Made by a program: the position numbers and the translations under genes. Of a stretch of DNA of 64,000 bases, positions 55,292 through 64,000 are shown piece by piece. The number at the start of each line of letters is the position of its first letter. Position 1 is the stretch's first letter. This stretch comes from an uncultured Eubacteriales bacterium (GTDB lineage: Bacteria > Bacillota > Clostridia > Christensenellales > UBA1242): the NCBI GenBank assembly GCA_949067325.1, contig CARTDZ010000001.1, positions 4,266 to 68,265 on the forward strand, written 5' to 3'. Below the pieces are notes generated by a model. The model searched no databases, was not told the DNA's origin, and saw only the letters and a program-made list of their open reading frames with translations.

Positions 55292-56203
55292 ATGCTCGAC
55301 AAAATCTTGCCAAAAGAAATTTATAATGTTCTGGCTGAAAAAGTGAGTTTCAACGCACTCAACGAAATCCGTTTGCGTGCGGACAAGCCTATTGTTTTGT
55401 CTGTGGGCGGGCAGAGATACTTCCTAGGCGAAAAAGGTATGACAGGCAATTTGAAAGACGCTATCATTCCTTCTCGCGTCATGATTGAAGATATGGTTTT
55501 TCGCGCAAGTGAATGTTCAATTTACTCTGTCAATGAGCAGATAAAAAAAGGTTTTATAGTGACAAAAGGCGGTGTTCGACTTGGACTTGGTGGAGATATG
55601 ATCGAAGAGAAAGGCCAAATCAAAACAATGACCAATTTTTCAAGTATAAACATAAGAATTCCACACGAAATAAAAAACTGTTCGCTTCCAGTCTTCAATC
55701 AAATACTTCGCGATGAAAAAGTTTGCAACACACTTATCATTTCACCTCCAGGTGCGGGTAAAACAACTTTTTTAAGAGACTTTATCTGCCAGCTTTCAGA
55801 ACGCAACTACGCTTTCAACGTGCTTGTGCTTGACGAACGCGGCGAACTTGATCTTGGCAAAAATCCAAGCAGTATTGGCAATTTTGCAGACAAAATCTCT
55901 TTCGCTCGCAAAAAAATAGGGTTTGAAAATGGTATTCGTTCGCTCAGCCCAAACCTCATCGTCACTGATGAACTTGGCGAGGAAGAAGACCTTGATGCTG
56001 TGCGTTATGCAGTCAATTGCGGCGTAAACATCTTGGCTTCAGCACATTGCGACAGCATGGAGAACTTTATAAAAAAGCCTTCCTTTTCAAAGATAATAGA
56101 AGAAAAAGTCTTTTCTCGCTTCGTCCTTCTATCAATGCGAAATGGCCCAGGCACAATAGAAGGCGTTTACAACGAAAACTTCTCACGCGTGACCAAATAT
56201 TAA
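55292..56203 (+). CDS. spoIIIAA: stage III sporulation protein AA (ATPase)
   Basis: Walker A SPPGAGKTT and Walker B VLVLDE. ATG at 55292 follows GGGGAGG. It is the first gene of the 8-gene operon. Confidence 0.9.
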   Translation: MLDKILPKEIYNVLAEKVSFNALNEIRLRADKPIVLSVGGQRYFLGEKGMTGNLKDAIIPSRVMIEDMVFRASECSIYSVNEQIKKGFIVTKGGVRLGLGGDMIEEKGQIKTMTNFSSINIRIPHEIKNCSLPVFNQILRDEKVCNTLIISPPGAGKTTFLRDFICQLSERNYAFNVLVLDERGELDLGKNPSSIGNFADKISFARKKIGFENGIRSLSPNLIVTDELGEEEDLDAVRYAVNCGVNILASAHCDSMENFIKKPSFSKIIEEKVFSRFVLLSMRNGPGTIEGVYNENFSRVTKY

Positions 56204-56213
56204 GGAGGTTTAA

Positions 56214-56711
56214 ATGATCAAATACATTCTTATGGCGGTTCTATTTTTTATCGCATTATCAATAGGTGCGATCATGTCTGGCAAATATCGCCGTCGTGCA
56301 AACTTCTTCAAAGCACTTGTGCTTATCTGTCAAAAACTTAACGTTGAAATTTCATTTTCTCGTGAAAGATTAAAAACACTTCTCACTTCTTTTGATGACA
56401 AAACCAAAGCTCAGCTTTGCGGCTTGACTGAAAATTATCTCTCTTTTATCGAAAAGGAAAGTCCGCTCGACAAACAGTCACTTTTTAAAGGTATTACTTT
56501 TCTTAAAGAAGAAGAAAAGGACCTCATCTTTCTCTTCTTTCGTTCGCTTGGTCGAAGCGACGTTGACAGTCAATCAAAAGAACTCAAAAACTTTGAAACT
56601 CGTTTTGATGACATGGTCTCTTCTGCCGTCAAAGACAACAAAAAATATGGTGCAATGTCAATGAAGCTTGGCATAGTGGCAGGGCTGGCCGCAATAATAC
56701 TTCTCATCTAA
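56214..56711 (+). CDS. spoIIIAB: stage III sporulation protein AB
   Basis: N-terminal TM, with size and position as in spoIIIAB. Confidence 0.8.
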   Translation: MIKYILMAVLFFIALSIGAIMSGKYRRRANFFKALVLICQKLNVEISFSRERLKTLLTSFDDKTKAQLCGLTENYLSFIEKESPLDKQSLFKGITFLKEEEKDLIFLFFRSLGRSDVDSQSKELKNFETRFDDMVSSAVKDNKKYGAMSMKLGIVAGLAAIILLI

Positions 56712-56724
56712 AAAGGAGGCAAAA

Positions 56725-56919
56725 ATGGGGGTTGAAATTATCTTTAAAATAGCAGGCATTGGTATTTTGACAGCCATTGTCGGCCAAATCCTCAAACAAA
56801 CAGGCAAGGAAGAAATTTCGACACTTGCCACTTTGGCAGGCATAATCATCGTTATTTGCATGGTGCTAGGCCAAATAGGTGACTTGTTTAATATGCTAAA
56901 ATCACTTTTCAGCTTTTAA
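56725..56919 (+). CDS. spoIIIAC: stage III sporulation protein AC
   Basis: MGVEIIFKIAGIGILTAIVGQILKQTGKEE closely parallels B. subtilis SpoIIIAC. Confidence 0.85.
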   Translation: MGVEIIFKIAGIGILTAIVGQILKQTGKEEISTLATLAGIIIVICMVLGQIGDLFNMLKSLFSF

Positions 56920-56997
56920 AGCAACCAAACAAAAGAGGAAAGTAAGCAAAACAAAAAAGCAAAAGTCGGCTTACATAAAAGAAGAAAGGAAAAGCGG

Positions 56998-57390
56998 TTG
57001 GAGATCATATTCAAAATTTTGGCTATCGCGCTTATAACTTCAGTGGCAACACTCATAGTCAGACCAGTGCGAAGCGACTTTGCAATTATGATAGCTTTGA
57101 CTGGGGGAATAATAATTCTCGTCATGGTGCTATCATTTTTGACAGGCATTTTTGACACCATAAAAAATGTGGTCGAAACCACAGGCGTCTCATCTGGCCT
57201 TTATGCTCTCATACTCAAAATTGTAGGAATAGGCTATCTTGTCGAATTCACGGCAGGCATTTGCTCAGAAACAGGCAACACAAATCTAGGCGACAAAGTC
57301 CTTCTTGGCGGCAAAATAGTCATTATGGTTATGGCTCTTCCAATCGTGACAAGCATTCTTCAAATTATCATGGAGATATTGCCAAAATGA
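56998..57390 (+). CDS. spoIIIAD: stage III sporulation protein AD
   Basis: TTG start. ...ILKIVGIGYLVEFTAGICSETG...GKIVIMVMALPIV parallels SpoIIIAD. Confidence 0.85.
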   Translation: MEIIFKILAIALITSVATLIVRPVRSDFAIMIALTGGIIILVMVLSFLTGIFDTIKNVVETTGVSSGLYALILKIVGIGYLVEFTAGICSETGNTNLGDKVLLGGKIVIMVMALPIVTSILQIIMEILPK

Positions 57391-58631
57391 GACCAAAAAG
57401 AAAAATTCCAAAAAAATATTTTGTCATCTATTCGCTTCTAGCAATCTTTCTCATTCTTTTTGTCGCGCCTCTTCTATCCTTTACTTTATCACCAACTCAA
57501 ACTGTATCAGCTGCAAACGACAACCTTACACAAGATGAGATTATGGAAGAAATAGGCTCGTCAGTCGACGACCAGCTTGGCAATCTAGATTTCTCTTCAA
57601 TAGAGGATATTCTCTCTTCCTTTGACAAAAATGCTCAGGAAATTTTTGGCGGAAACAACTTTCTCAAAAAAGTTCAGTCAATCATAAATGGCGACTTCGC
57701 ATCATCTTCAACTTCACTTTGGGGTGCTTTGTTTTCACTGTTTTTTGACGAACTTCTCTCAATGCTGCCAATCATATCTGCAGTCATTGCAGTTTCAATA
57801 CTTGGCGGTATGCTTCAAGGGCTAAGACCAAACTCAAACGGCAAATCAATATCAAATCTTATCCACTTTGTGACCTATGGAATAATCGTCGTCTTACTTC
57901 TCACAATCGTTACAAAAATGATAGGGGTGACTACCAATACAATAACCTCCATCAAAGCACAAATGGACGCAATCTTTCCAATCCTTCTCACGCTGCTGAC
58001 GGCAGTTGGTGGCAGCGTTTCAGTTTCAGTCTATCAGCCTGCAATGGCACTTCTTACAGGTGCAATCCTCAATCTTTTCACTTATGTTCTTCTTCCAATA
58101 TTCATCTTCTCAACAGTGTTTAGCGTTGTTTCAAACCTCTCAAACTCAATCAAACTTGACAAGTTTACCTCCTTTTTCAACAGCACTTTCAAATGGCTTA
58201 CAGGTCTTATCTTCACAGTTTTTACCGCCTTTCTCTCAATTCAGGGGATAGCCGCAGGTGCAGTCGACGGCGTGTCTATAAGAACAGCCAAATACGCAAT
58301 CCGCTCATACGTGCCAATCCTTGGCTCATACCTGTCTGACGGCATGAGCATAATCCTTGCCAGCTCAACACTTATCAAAAATGCAGTCGGGGCAGGCGGA
58401 CTTCTTCTACTTGTAGCCACAATCCTCTCGCCACTTATTCAACTTATCATGTTTATGCTTGTCTTAAAGCTTATTGCAGGCATAGTAGAGCCTCTTGGCA
58501 ATGGCCAAATAGCCAACTTTGTCAGCAGTCTGTCAAAAAGTCTGGTCCTTCTCATCGTCATCATCATAGGCGTAGCGTTTATCTACTTCATTATGCTTGG
58601 GCTTGTGATGTGTTCAGCAAATATAGTCTAA
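57387..58631 (+). CDS. spoIIIAE: stage III sporulation protein AE
   Basis: The ATG overlaps the spoIIIAD stop (ATGA). A signal/TM segment is followed by a polytopic SpoIIIAE core. The ORF-track start at 57261 would overlap spoIIIAD. Confidence 0.85.
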   Translation: MRPKRKIPKKYFVIYSLLAIFLILFVAPLLSFTLSPTQTVSAANDNLTQDEIMEEIGSSVDDQLGNLDFSSIEDILSSFDKNAQEIFGGNNFLKKVQSIINGDFASSSTSLWGALFSLFFDELLSMLPIISAVIAVSILGGMLQGLRPNSNGKSISNLIHFVTYGIIVVLLLTIVTKMIGVTTNTITSIKAQMDAIFPILLTLLTAVGGSVSVSVYQPAMALLTGAILNLFTYVLLPIFIFSTVFSVVSNLSNSIKLDKFTSFFNSTFKWLTGLIFTVFTAFLSIQGIAAGAVDGVSIRTAKYAIRSYVPILGSYLSDGMSIILASSTLIKNAVGAGGLLLLVATILSPLIQLIMFMLVLKLIAGIVEPLGNGQIANFVSSLSKSLVLLIVIIIGVAFIYFIMLGLVMCSANIV

Positions 58632-58645
58632 AAGGAGGGGCAAAA

Positions 58646-59146
58646 ATGTTTTCAACTCTTTCGACATGGATTATCTCAATTGCAGGCATAATCTGCGTTT
58701 CGGTGATAGTCGAACTTATCCTTCCAAGCGGTGCAATGAATAGATATATAAAAGGTATCTTCGCTTTTATTATCATTCTCGTCATTATCCTGCCAGTGCC
58801 AAAACTCCTAAAGTCCAAACTTGACCTTTCAGAAATACTCGACTACGGGCAAATAGAAGTCGATGAAAATTATCTCTATCAGCTCAACCTCGACAAGCTA
58901 AATTATTTAAAAGAAGAACTTGAAACCCAAACCCAAACCCTTGGCTACAAAAATGTGGTCATCTCAATAAACGCAGACATATTTAGTTCAGCCTTTCAAA
59001 TCAAGTCGATATATGTCGACTTAAGTCAGATAGGCATAAGCGAAAATGCACCGCATAAAAATATTATTGAAATCAGACAAGACATCTCATCAGTCATCAC
59101 AAAACAAATCAAAATAGAGGAGGAAAAGATATATTTCAATGAATAA
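58646..59146 (+). CDS. spoIIIAF: stage III sporulation protein AF
   Basis: ATG follows AAAGGAGGGG. Two N-terminal TM segments; operon position fits. Confidence 0.7.
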   Translation: MFSTLSTWIISIAGIICVSVIVELILPSGAMNRYIKGIFAFIIILVIILPVPKLLKSKLDLSEILDYGQIEVDENYLYQLNLDKLNYLKEELETQTQTLGYKNVVISINADIFSSAFQIKSIYVDLSQIGISENAPHKNIIEIRQDISSVITKQIKIEEEKIYFNE

Positions 59147-59675
59147 ATTATCAGAAAAGCTGTCGCAAGCATGGGACAAGCTCAAAAAAACAAAACACTT
59201 TGAAATTTATATAGCGCTTTTCTTCGCGCTGCTCGTTCTCATAGTATATTTTGCTGCATTTAAGGGCGGAGGAGATAAAAATGCTTCAACAAATATCGAC
59301 ACATCAAATCAAAATTTTTCCACTTCGTCGGAATATGTTGGATACCTTGAGAATAAACTTGAAAGTGTATTAGGACAAGTCAAGGGTGCAGGCAACGTCG
59401 ACATAATCATAACTCTTGAAAAGGGCTTCGAGTACGTCTACGCTACAGAGGAAGAAACAAAAACAACTTCAAACGGAGGAAAAGTCACTTCAAGCACAAT
59501 CATCATGCAAGACGGCAAGCCAGTGCTTGAAAAAGAAATCTTTCCAGTCGTGCAAGGAATTGTGATTGTCAGCAGCGGTGCAAATGATGTGTCAGTAAAA
59601 ATGAATTTGCTGAGTGCGATACAAACGGTTGTAAAAGTCGACAACTCAAAGATAACAATCCTAGCAGGAAAATAA
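59139..59675 (+). CDS. spoIIIAG: stage III sporulation protein AG
   Basis: One TM followed by a ring-building-motif-like C-terminal domain (...GAGNVDIIITLE...VQGIVIVSSGA). Confidence 0.75.
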   Translation: MNKLSEKLSQAWDKLKKTKHFEIYIALFFALLVLIVYFAAFKGGGDKNASTNIDTSNQNFSTSSEYVGYLENKLESVLGQVKGAGNVDIIITLEKGFEYVYATEEETKTTSNGGKVTSSTIIMQDGKPVLEKEIFPVVQGIVIVSSGANDVSVKMNLLSAIQTVVKVDNSKITILAGK

Positions 59676-59698
59676 AAAGAAATATTAAGGAGAATATT

Positions 59699-60178
59699 AT
59701 GAAAAAGAGAACAAAAATCATCATTTTATCAGCAATGGTACTGCTTTTGGGCGTGACAGGCTATCTCAATGTTGTATTAAACAACTCAATCACAAATAGT
59801 GGCAATCAAAACGACACAACTCCAACATTAAGTTACTTCGCTTCATATCGCAATGAAAGAGAATCAACTCGTGATCAAGAAATGCTCTATTATGACGCAA
59901 TCATCGCAAGCTCAACTTCATCAGAAGCAGCAGTAAAAGCAGCAGAAGAGGGCAGACTTAACCTCGTAAGACAAATGGATAAAGAGCTTGTAGTAGAAGG
60001 TCTTATCAAAGCCAAAGGTTTTGCAGACTGCGTAGTGACAATTTCAGATCAAAACGTAAACGCGGTTGTAAAAGCAAAACAACTCAACTCATCAGAAGTT
60101 GCATCAGTAGTGTCAATCATTCAAAACCAATTGGGAATAGGCTCAATTGAAAATATTAAAATTATTCCTATAGAATAA
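59699..60178 (+). CDS. spoIIIAH: stage III sporulation protein AH
   Basis: N-terminal TM and the last position in the operon. ...EGLIKAKGFADCVVTISDQNVNAVV. Confidence 0.7.
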   Translation: MKKRTKIIILSAMVLLLGVTGYLNVVLNNSITNSGNQNDTTPTLSYFASYRNERESTRDQEMLYYDAIIASSTSSEAAVKAAEEGRLNLVRQMDKELVVEGLIKAKGFADCVVTISDQNVNAVVKAKQLNSSEVASVVSIIQNQLGIGSIENIKIIPIE

Positions 60179-60229
60179 TTGCCAAACCTAGTCAAAATGT
60201 GCTATACTACAAAAGAATAGGAGTTTTAT

Positions 60230-60607
60230 ATGGCAAAATCTAAAAATCAAGTTACACATAAGGGCAGAGTGGATATCGACAGAGATATCCTTCTTTCCAT
60301 TATCAACCTCGCAGCAAAAGAAATCAATGGCGTTGAAAGTTTGACAAATCAATATCTGCCGTGGTACAAAAAACTTATCAAACAAAAAAGTGAAGGCGTA
60401 AATATAAAGTTCGACACAAACAGTTCACTCAAAGTCGATGTTTACATCAAAGTTTACATCGGTTATAGCGTGCCAGATATTGCCTACAAAGTTCAAGAAA
60501 ACATCAAAAACAGCCTTAACTCAATGGTCGGCCTCAAACCAAACAAAATCAACGTCCATGTCTACGGCGTGGTTTGCGACAAAGCTGAAGCAGGAGAAAA
60601 CGCATGA
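60230..60607 (+). CDS. Asp23/Gls24 family stress protein
   Basis: DIDRDILLSIINLAAKEINGVESL... and a position upstream of nusB, as in Clostridia. Confidence 0.8.
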   Translation: MAKSKNQVTHKGRVDIDRDILLSIINLAAKEINGVESLTNQYLPWYKKLIKQKSEGVNIKFDTNSSLKVDVYIKVYIGYSVPDIAYKVQENIKNSLNSMVGLKPNKINVHVYGVVCDKAEAGENA

Positions 60608-60987
60608 GACGCGACGCACGAGAAACAGCTTTCAAAGTCATCGTCTCACATCTTTTCTCAAGTCAGCCAGAAATTGAAAACTTTTATAGCGACTTAAAAA
60701 AAGATGAAGACAAACTCTTTGCACAGCAGCTTGTCCAAACATTTTTGACAAACAAAGAAGAACTTGATACAATTATCAGCCAAAACTTGACAGGTTATGA
60801 AAAAGACCGCATTTACAAACTCGACCTTGCACTTTTGTACCTTGCTATAGCTGAAATAAATTACATAAACACACCATTTCAAATAGCCATAAACGAAGTG
60901 TGCGAATTGGCAAAAAAATATTCAACCTCAAAAAGCAGCCGCTTTATAAACGGAGTGCTTTCATCGGTGATTAAAAAACAAAAATAG
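60604..60987 (+). CDS. nusB: transcription antitermination factor NusB
   Basis: RRDARETAFKVI...ELAKKYSTSKSSRFINGVL. Confidence 0.9.
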   Translation: MRRDARETAFKVIVSHLFSSQPEIENFYSDLKKDEDKLFAQQLVQTFLTNKEELDTIISQNLTGYEKDRIYKLDLALLYLAIAEINYINTPFQIAINEVCELAKKYSTSKSSRFINGVLSSVIKKQK

Positions 60988-60997
60988 TAGAGAAATT

Positions 60998-62176
60998 ATG
61001 AGAGCGATAACTGTAAGCCAGTTAAACACATACATCAAAAACATCTTTGATGCTGAGGAACTTCTCCATCACATAGAGGTCATTGGAGAAGTTTTTGGCG
61101 TTTCGCTTTCTCGCAATGTTATCTATTTCACTTTAAAAGATGAAAACGCCTCTCTGCCTTGCGTATGTTTTTATCCAGCGTTTTTCAGCCAGCTCGAAGA
61201 AGGCAAAAGCGTAGTGCTGACTGGCTCACCAAACTTCTACGTCAAAGGCGGCAAGCTAAGTTTCAACGTGTCAAAAGTTGAGGCGGCAGGTCAAGGCAGA
61301 CTGTATGAAGAGTTTTTGAAAATGAAAGAAAAGCTTGAAAAGGAAGGCCTATTCGACCAAGCCCACAAAAAGCCTCTTCCAAAACAAATCAAAAGAATAG
61401 GTGTGATCACTTCAAAAGAAGGCGCAGTCCTTCAAGATATAAAAAACATAACTTGGCGTCGCAATCCTTCAGTCGATCTTGTGTTATACTCAACCAAAGT
61501 GCAAGGCAAAGACGCTGAAAAAGAAATTGCTCACGCAATTGAAATGATGGGCAACTATCCAAATATTGACGTGATAATTGTCGCTCGCGGCGGCGGAAGC
61601 CTTGAAGACTTAAACGCTTACAATACTGAGCTTGTCGCTCGTGCAACCTTCAACTGCCCAAAACCAATCGTCTCAGCAGTGGGGCATGAAACTGACTTTA
61701 CAATCATCGACTTTGTGAGCGACCTAAGAGCGCCAACGCCTTCAGCGGCAGCTGAGCTTCTGACAATCAACGCTGAAGAAAAGCGTGAAGAGATGACAAG
61801 ACTTCTCTCAAGATTTATTATAGCTACAAACAACTTCTACGCTACAAAACTTGGCCAAACAATAGAAAAACACGACAAAATCAAATCAGCTTTGGAGACA
61901 GTCTATATAAAAGAAAAGTTTGCCTTTCAAAGACGCAGCTTAAACTTCTTAAAAACAGCACAAAACTTTCTTCAAGAAAAATATTATGCGCTTGGCCTTA
62001 ATGAAACTGGCCTGAACAAACTTGACCCTTCAAAAATCCTAAGTCAAGGCTACGCAAAAATAGAACAGCAAAACAGGCCAATAAGCAAGAGGGGAGAAGT
62101 AGAGCTTGACAAACAAATAAAAATAATCTTTAGCGACGGAGATATACTCGCAAAACCAATCAAGGAGGAAAAATGA
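60998..62176 (+). CDS. xseA: exodeoxyribonuclease VII large subunit
   Basis: VSQLNTYIKNIFD..., an OB fold, GVITSKEGAVLQDI, RGGGSLEDL and VGHETDFT. Confidence 0.9.
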   Translation: MRAITVSQLNTYIKNIFDAEELLHHIEVIGEVFGVSLSRNVIYFTLKDENASLPCVCFYPAFFSQLEEGKSVVLTGSPNFYVKGGKLSFNVSKVEAAGQGRLYEEFLKMKEKLEKEGLFDQAHKKPLPKQIKRIGVITSKEGAVLQDIKNITWRRNPSVDLVLYSTKVQGKDAEKEIAHAIEMMGNYPNIDVIIVARGGGSLEDLNAYNTELVARATFNCPKPIVSAVGHETDFTIIDFVSDLRAPTPSAAAELLTINAEEKREEMTRLLSRFIIATNNFYATKLGQTIEKHDKIKSALETVYIKEKFAFQRRSLNFLKTAQNFLQEKYYALGLNETGLNKLDPSKILSQGYAKIEQQNRPISKRGEVELDKQIKIIFSDGDILAKPIKEEK

Positions 62177-63885
62177 GAATAACAAAACTAGTAGGTGAAA
62201 GATTAAAAGAAGCACCATCTGATGCGCAAGTCAAAAGTCACATTTTGCTGATACGAGCAGGTTTTATCAAACAGGTGGGCAACGGTATTTATACACTTCT
62301 TCCACCAGCACAACGCATCAGCAAAAAAATCCAACAAATTATTCGCGAAGAAATGGACGCTCTTGATGGCCAAGAGGTGCTTTTTCCTGTCGTTATGCCA
62401 AAGGAAATGTGGGAAAAAAGTGGCCGCTACTATTCAATAGGTGAAGAAATGGTCAGGTTTAAAGATCGCGCCAATCGCGATATGCTTCTGGGCATGACGC
62501 ACGAAGAAGCCGCAGTCTCAACCTGCCAAAATATTGTCAAAAGTTATGACCAACTTCCTTGCATGGTTTATCAAATTCAAACAAAATTTCGTGACGAAGC
62601 TAGACCACGCGCTGGCCTTATTCGCGTAAAAGAATTCACTATGAAAGATGCCTACTCATTCCATACCTCTGACGAAGACCTCGAAAACTACTACAACAAA
62701 GTCTATGAAGGCTACAACAAAATCTTCAGCCGCGTGGGCATGAAAAACTTTATCTCAGTCAAGTCAGATACTGGCATGATGGGCGGCAAGTACGCTCATG
62801 AATTTATGCTCCTCACAGATATAGGCGAGGATAGCATTGTTATCTGCGACCACTGCGGATATAAGGCAAATATGGAAGTCGCAACCTCAACACAAAGCCA
62901 AACAAACTTTGATGACGCACCAATGGCTGAAGTTTATACTGGCAAAGCCAAGTCAATCGATGAAGTCTGTGCATTTCTAAACATTTCACCAAAACAAACC
63001 ATCAAAGCAGTCTGCTATTGCATAGTTGGCGACAATAAACATACAGTCATTGCCTTCACTCGTGGCGACCGCGAAATAAACGAAGCCAAACTCAAACGCC
63101 TGCTTGGCAAAGACATAGCAGTCAAAGACCTCGATGAAAGCAGCCTTGTCAAAGGCAATATAGGCTGCGTAGGGCTTGAAAACGACGATTTTATTATCGT
63201 CTATGACAGCAGCTTAAAAAATGCTTGCGGCATGGTTACTGGCGCAAACAAAGAAGATTATCACATCACAGGCCTCAACATAAATCGCGACACCAATGCA
63301 AAGGAGTTTTTTGACATAACCAAAGTTAGTGAAGGTGAAAGCTGCTCAATTTGCGGCAAACCATTATCAATAAAAAGAGGCATCGAAATTGGAAATATCT
63401 TCCAACTTGGCACAAAATACACCAAATCAATGGGCATGACTATAACAATGCCTGATGGCAGCCAAATGTATCCAATCATGGGCTGCTATGGTATAGGTGT
63501 AGGCCGCTGTATAGCCTCAATTGCTGAAGAATGCTCTGACGCAAAAGGTCTTGTCTGGCCAATGAGCGTCGCACCATGGCACATCTACCTCTGCCCACTA
63601 AGAAATGATGATGAAAATGTCAACCAAACAGCAGAAGAACTTTATACTTCTCTCTCAAAAAAATATGAAGTGCTTTATGATGACCGCAAATGCTCAGCAG
63701 GCATAAAACTTACTGATAGTGAGCTTATGGGCATACCAGTCCGTGTCGTAATAAGCCCAAGAAGCCTAGCTGCAAACCAAGCTGAAATAACTCTTCGCGA
63801 AAGCGGTGAAAAAATTATGACTGACCTATCAACTCTCGAACAAACCCTTGACAAAATAATAAAGGAGGCATCATGCAAAAACTAA
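62173..63885 (+). CDS. proS: proline--tRNA ligase (bacterial type with INS editing domain)
   Basis: 570 aa. ...MTHEE..., FRDEARPRAGLIRVKEFTMKDAYSF, and GCYGIGVGR. Its start overlaps the xseA stop and its 3' end overlaps xseB by 13 nt. Confidence 0.95.
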   Translation: MRITKLVGERLKEAPSDAQVKSHILLIRAGFIKQVGNGIYTLLPPAQRISKKIQQIIREEMDALDGQEVLFPVVMPKEMWEKSGRYYSIGEEMVRFKDRANRDMLLGMTHEEAAVSTCQNIVKSYDQLPCMVYQIQTKFRDEARPRAGLIRVKEFTMKDAYSFHTSDEDLENYYNKVYEGYNKIFSRVGMKNFISVKSDTGMMGGKYAHEFMLLTDIGEDSIVICDHCGYKANMEVATSTQSQTNFDDAPMAEVYTGKAKSIDEVCAFLNISPKQTIKAVCYCIVGDNKHTVIAFTRGDREINEAKLKRLLGKDIAVKDLDESSLVKGNIGCVGLENDDFIIVYDSSLKNACGMVTGANKEDYHITGLNINRDTNAKEFFDITKVSEGESCSICGKPLSIKRGIEIGNIFQLGTKYTKSMGMTITMPDGSQMYPIMGCYGIGVGRCIASIAEECSDAKGLVWPMSVAPWHIYLCPLRNDDENVNQTAEELYTSLSKKYEVLYDDRKCSAGIKLTDSELMGIPVRVVISPRSLAANQAEITLRESGEKIMTDLSTLEQTLDKIIKEASCKN

Positions 63886-64000
63886 GTTATGAAGAAGCGG
63901 CTGCAAGCCTCGACAAAATCATCAGCCAGCTCGAAAGTGGCAATCTGACAATGCAGCAGGCTCTTGAAGCCTTTGAGCAGGGCAAAATACTTGCTCAAAC
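63873..64000 (+). CDS. xseB: exodeoxyribonuclease VII small subunit (3' end outside window)
   Basis: AAAGGAGG RBS followed by MQKLSYEEAAASLDKIISQLESGNLTMQQALEAFEQGKILAQ, a typical XseB N-terminus. Confidence 0.8.
   Translation, partial: MQKLSYEEAAASLDKIISQLESGNLTMQQALEAFEQGKILAQ

Noticed and set aside
1-64000. Search for prophage, defence islands, toxin-antitoxin pairs, integrons and IS elements.
   Set aside because: No integrase, transposase, reverse transcriptase, Cas, restriction-modification, Abi or TA-like gene pair was recognisable. The gene content is overwhelmingly core housekeeping plus sporulation.

Overview
This is a low-GC Firmicutes (Clostridia-like) chromosomal core region from an endospore-forming lineage. 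Evidence for sporulation: pro-sigma-K-like factor, YlbJ-like and YtxC-like proteins, and a complete spoIIIAA-AH operon. About 60 CDS are present and all but four are on the + strand. In order: mnmA (3' end), small unknowns, a HIT-RNase HI fusion, DUF4364, ylbJ-like, pta-ackA, rpmF, plsX-rnc-smc-ftsY, sigK-like, an orphan protein with a diadenylate-cyclase-like C-terminus, RNase P RNA (class A), rarA, an E2/CAT-like acyltransferase, polA, ruvX-DUF1292, ytxC-like, a Thr T-box plus thrS, yajC-secD-secF, an ABC exporter, rpsB-tsf-[950-aa ORFan]-frr-uppS-cdsA-rseP-[PolC-N/OB+exonuclease]-rimP-nusA-ylxR-ylxQ-infB-[structured element]-rbfA-nrnA-truB, an endonuclease-IV-like gene, efp, spoIIIAA-AH, asp23, nusB, and xseA-proS-xseB. 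I found no transposase, integrase, reverse transcriptase, Cas genes, CRISPR array, tRNA or rRNA. The most unusual items are: (1) a perfect 92-nt four-way-junction element between infB and rbfA; (2) a 454-aa orphan with DGA / RH(A)AA diadenylate-cyclase-like motifs behind an unassignable N-terminal region; (3) a consensus-promoter-driven 950-aa ORFan in the slot normally held by pyrH; (4) a HIT-RNase HI fusion; (5) a PolC-derived exonuclease without a polymerase at the polC position; (6) a tandem array of hairpin+T8 modules. All family calls come from motif reading by eye, with no database search, so they need HMM or structure confirmation.
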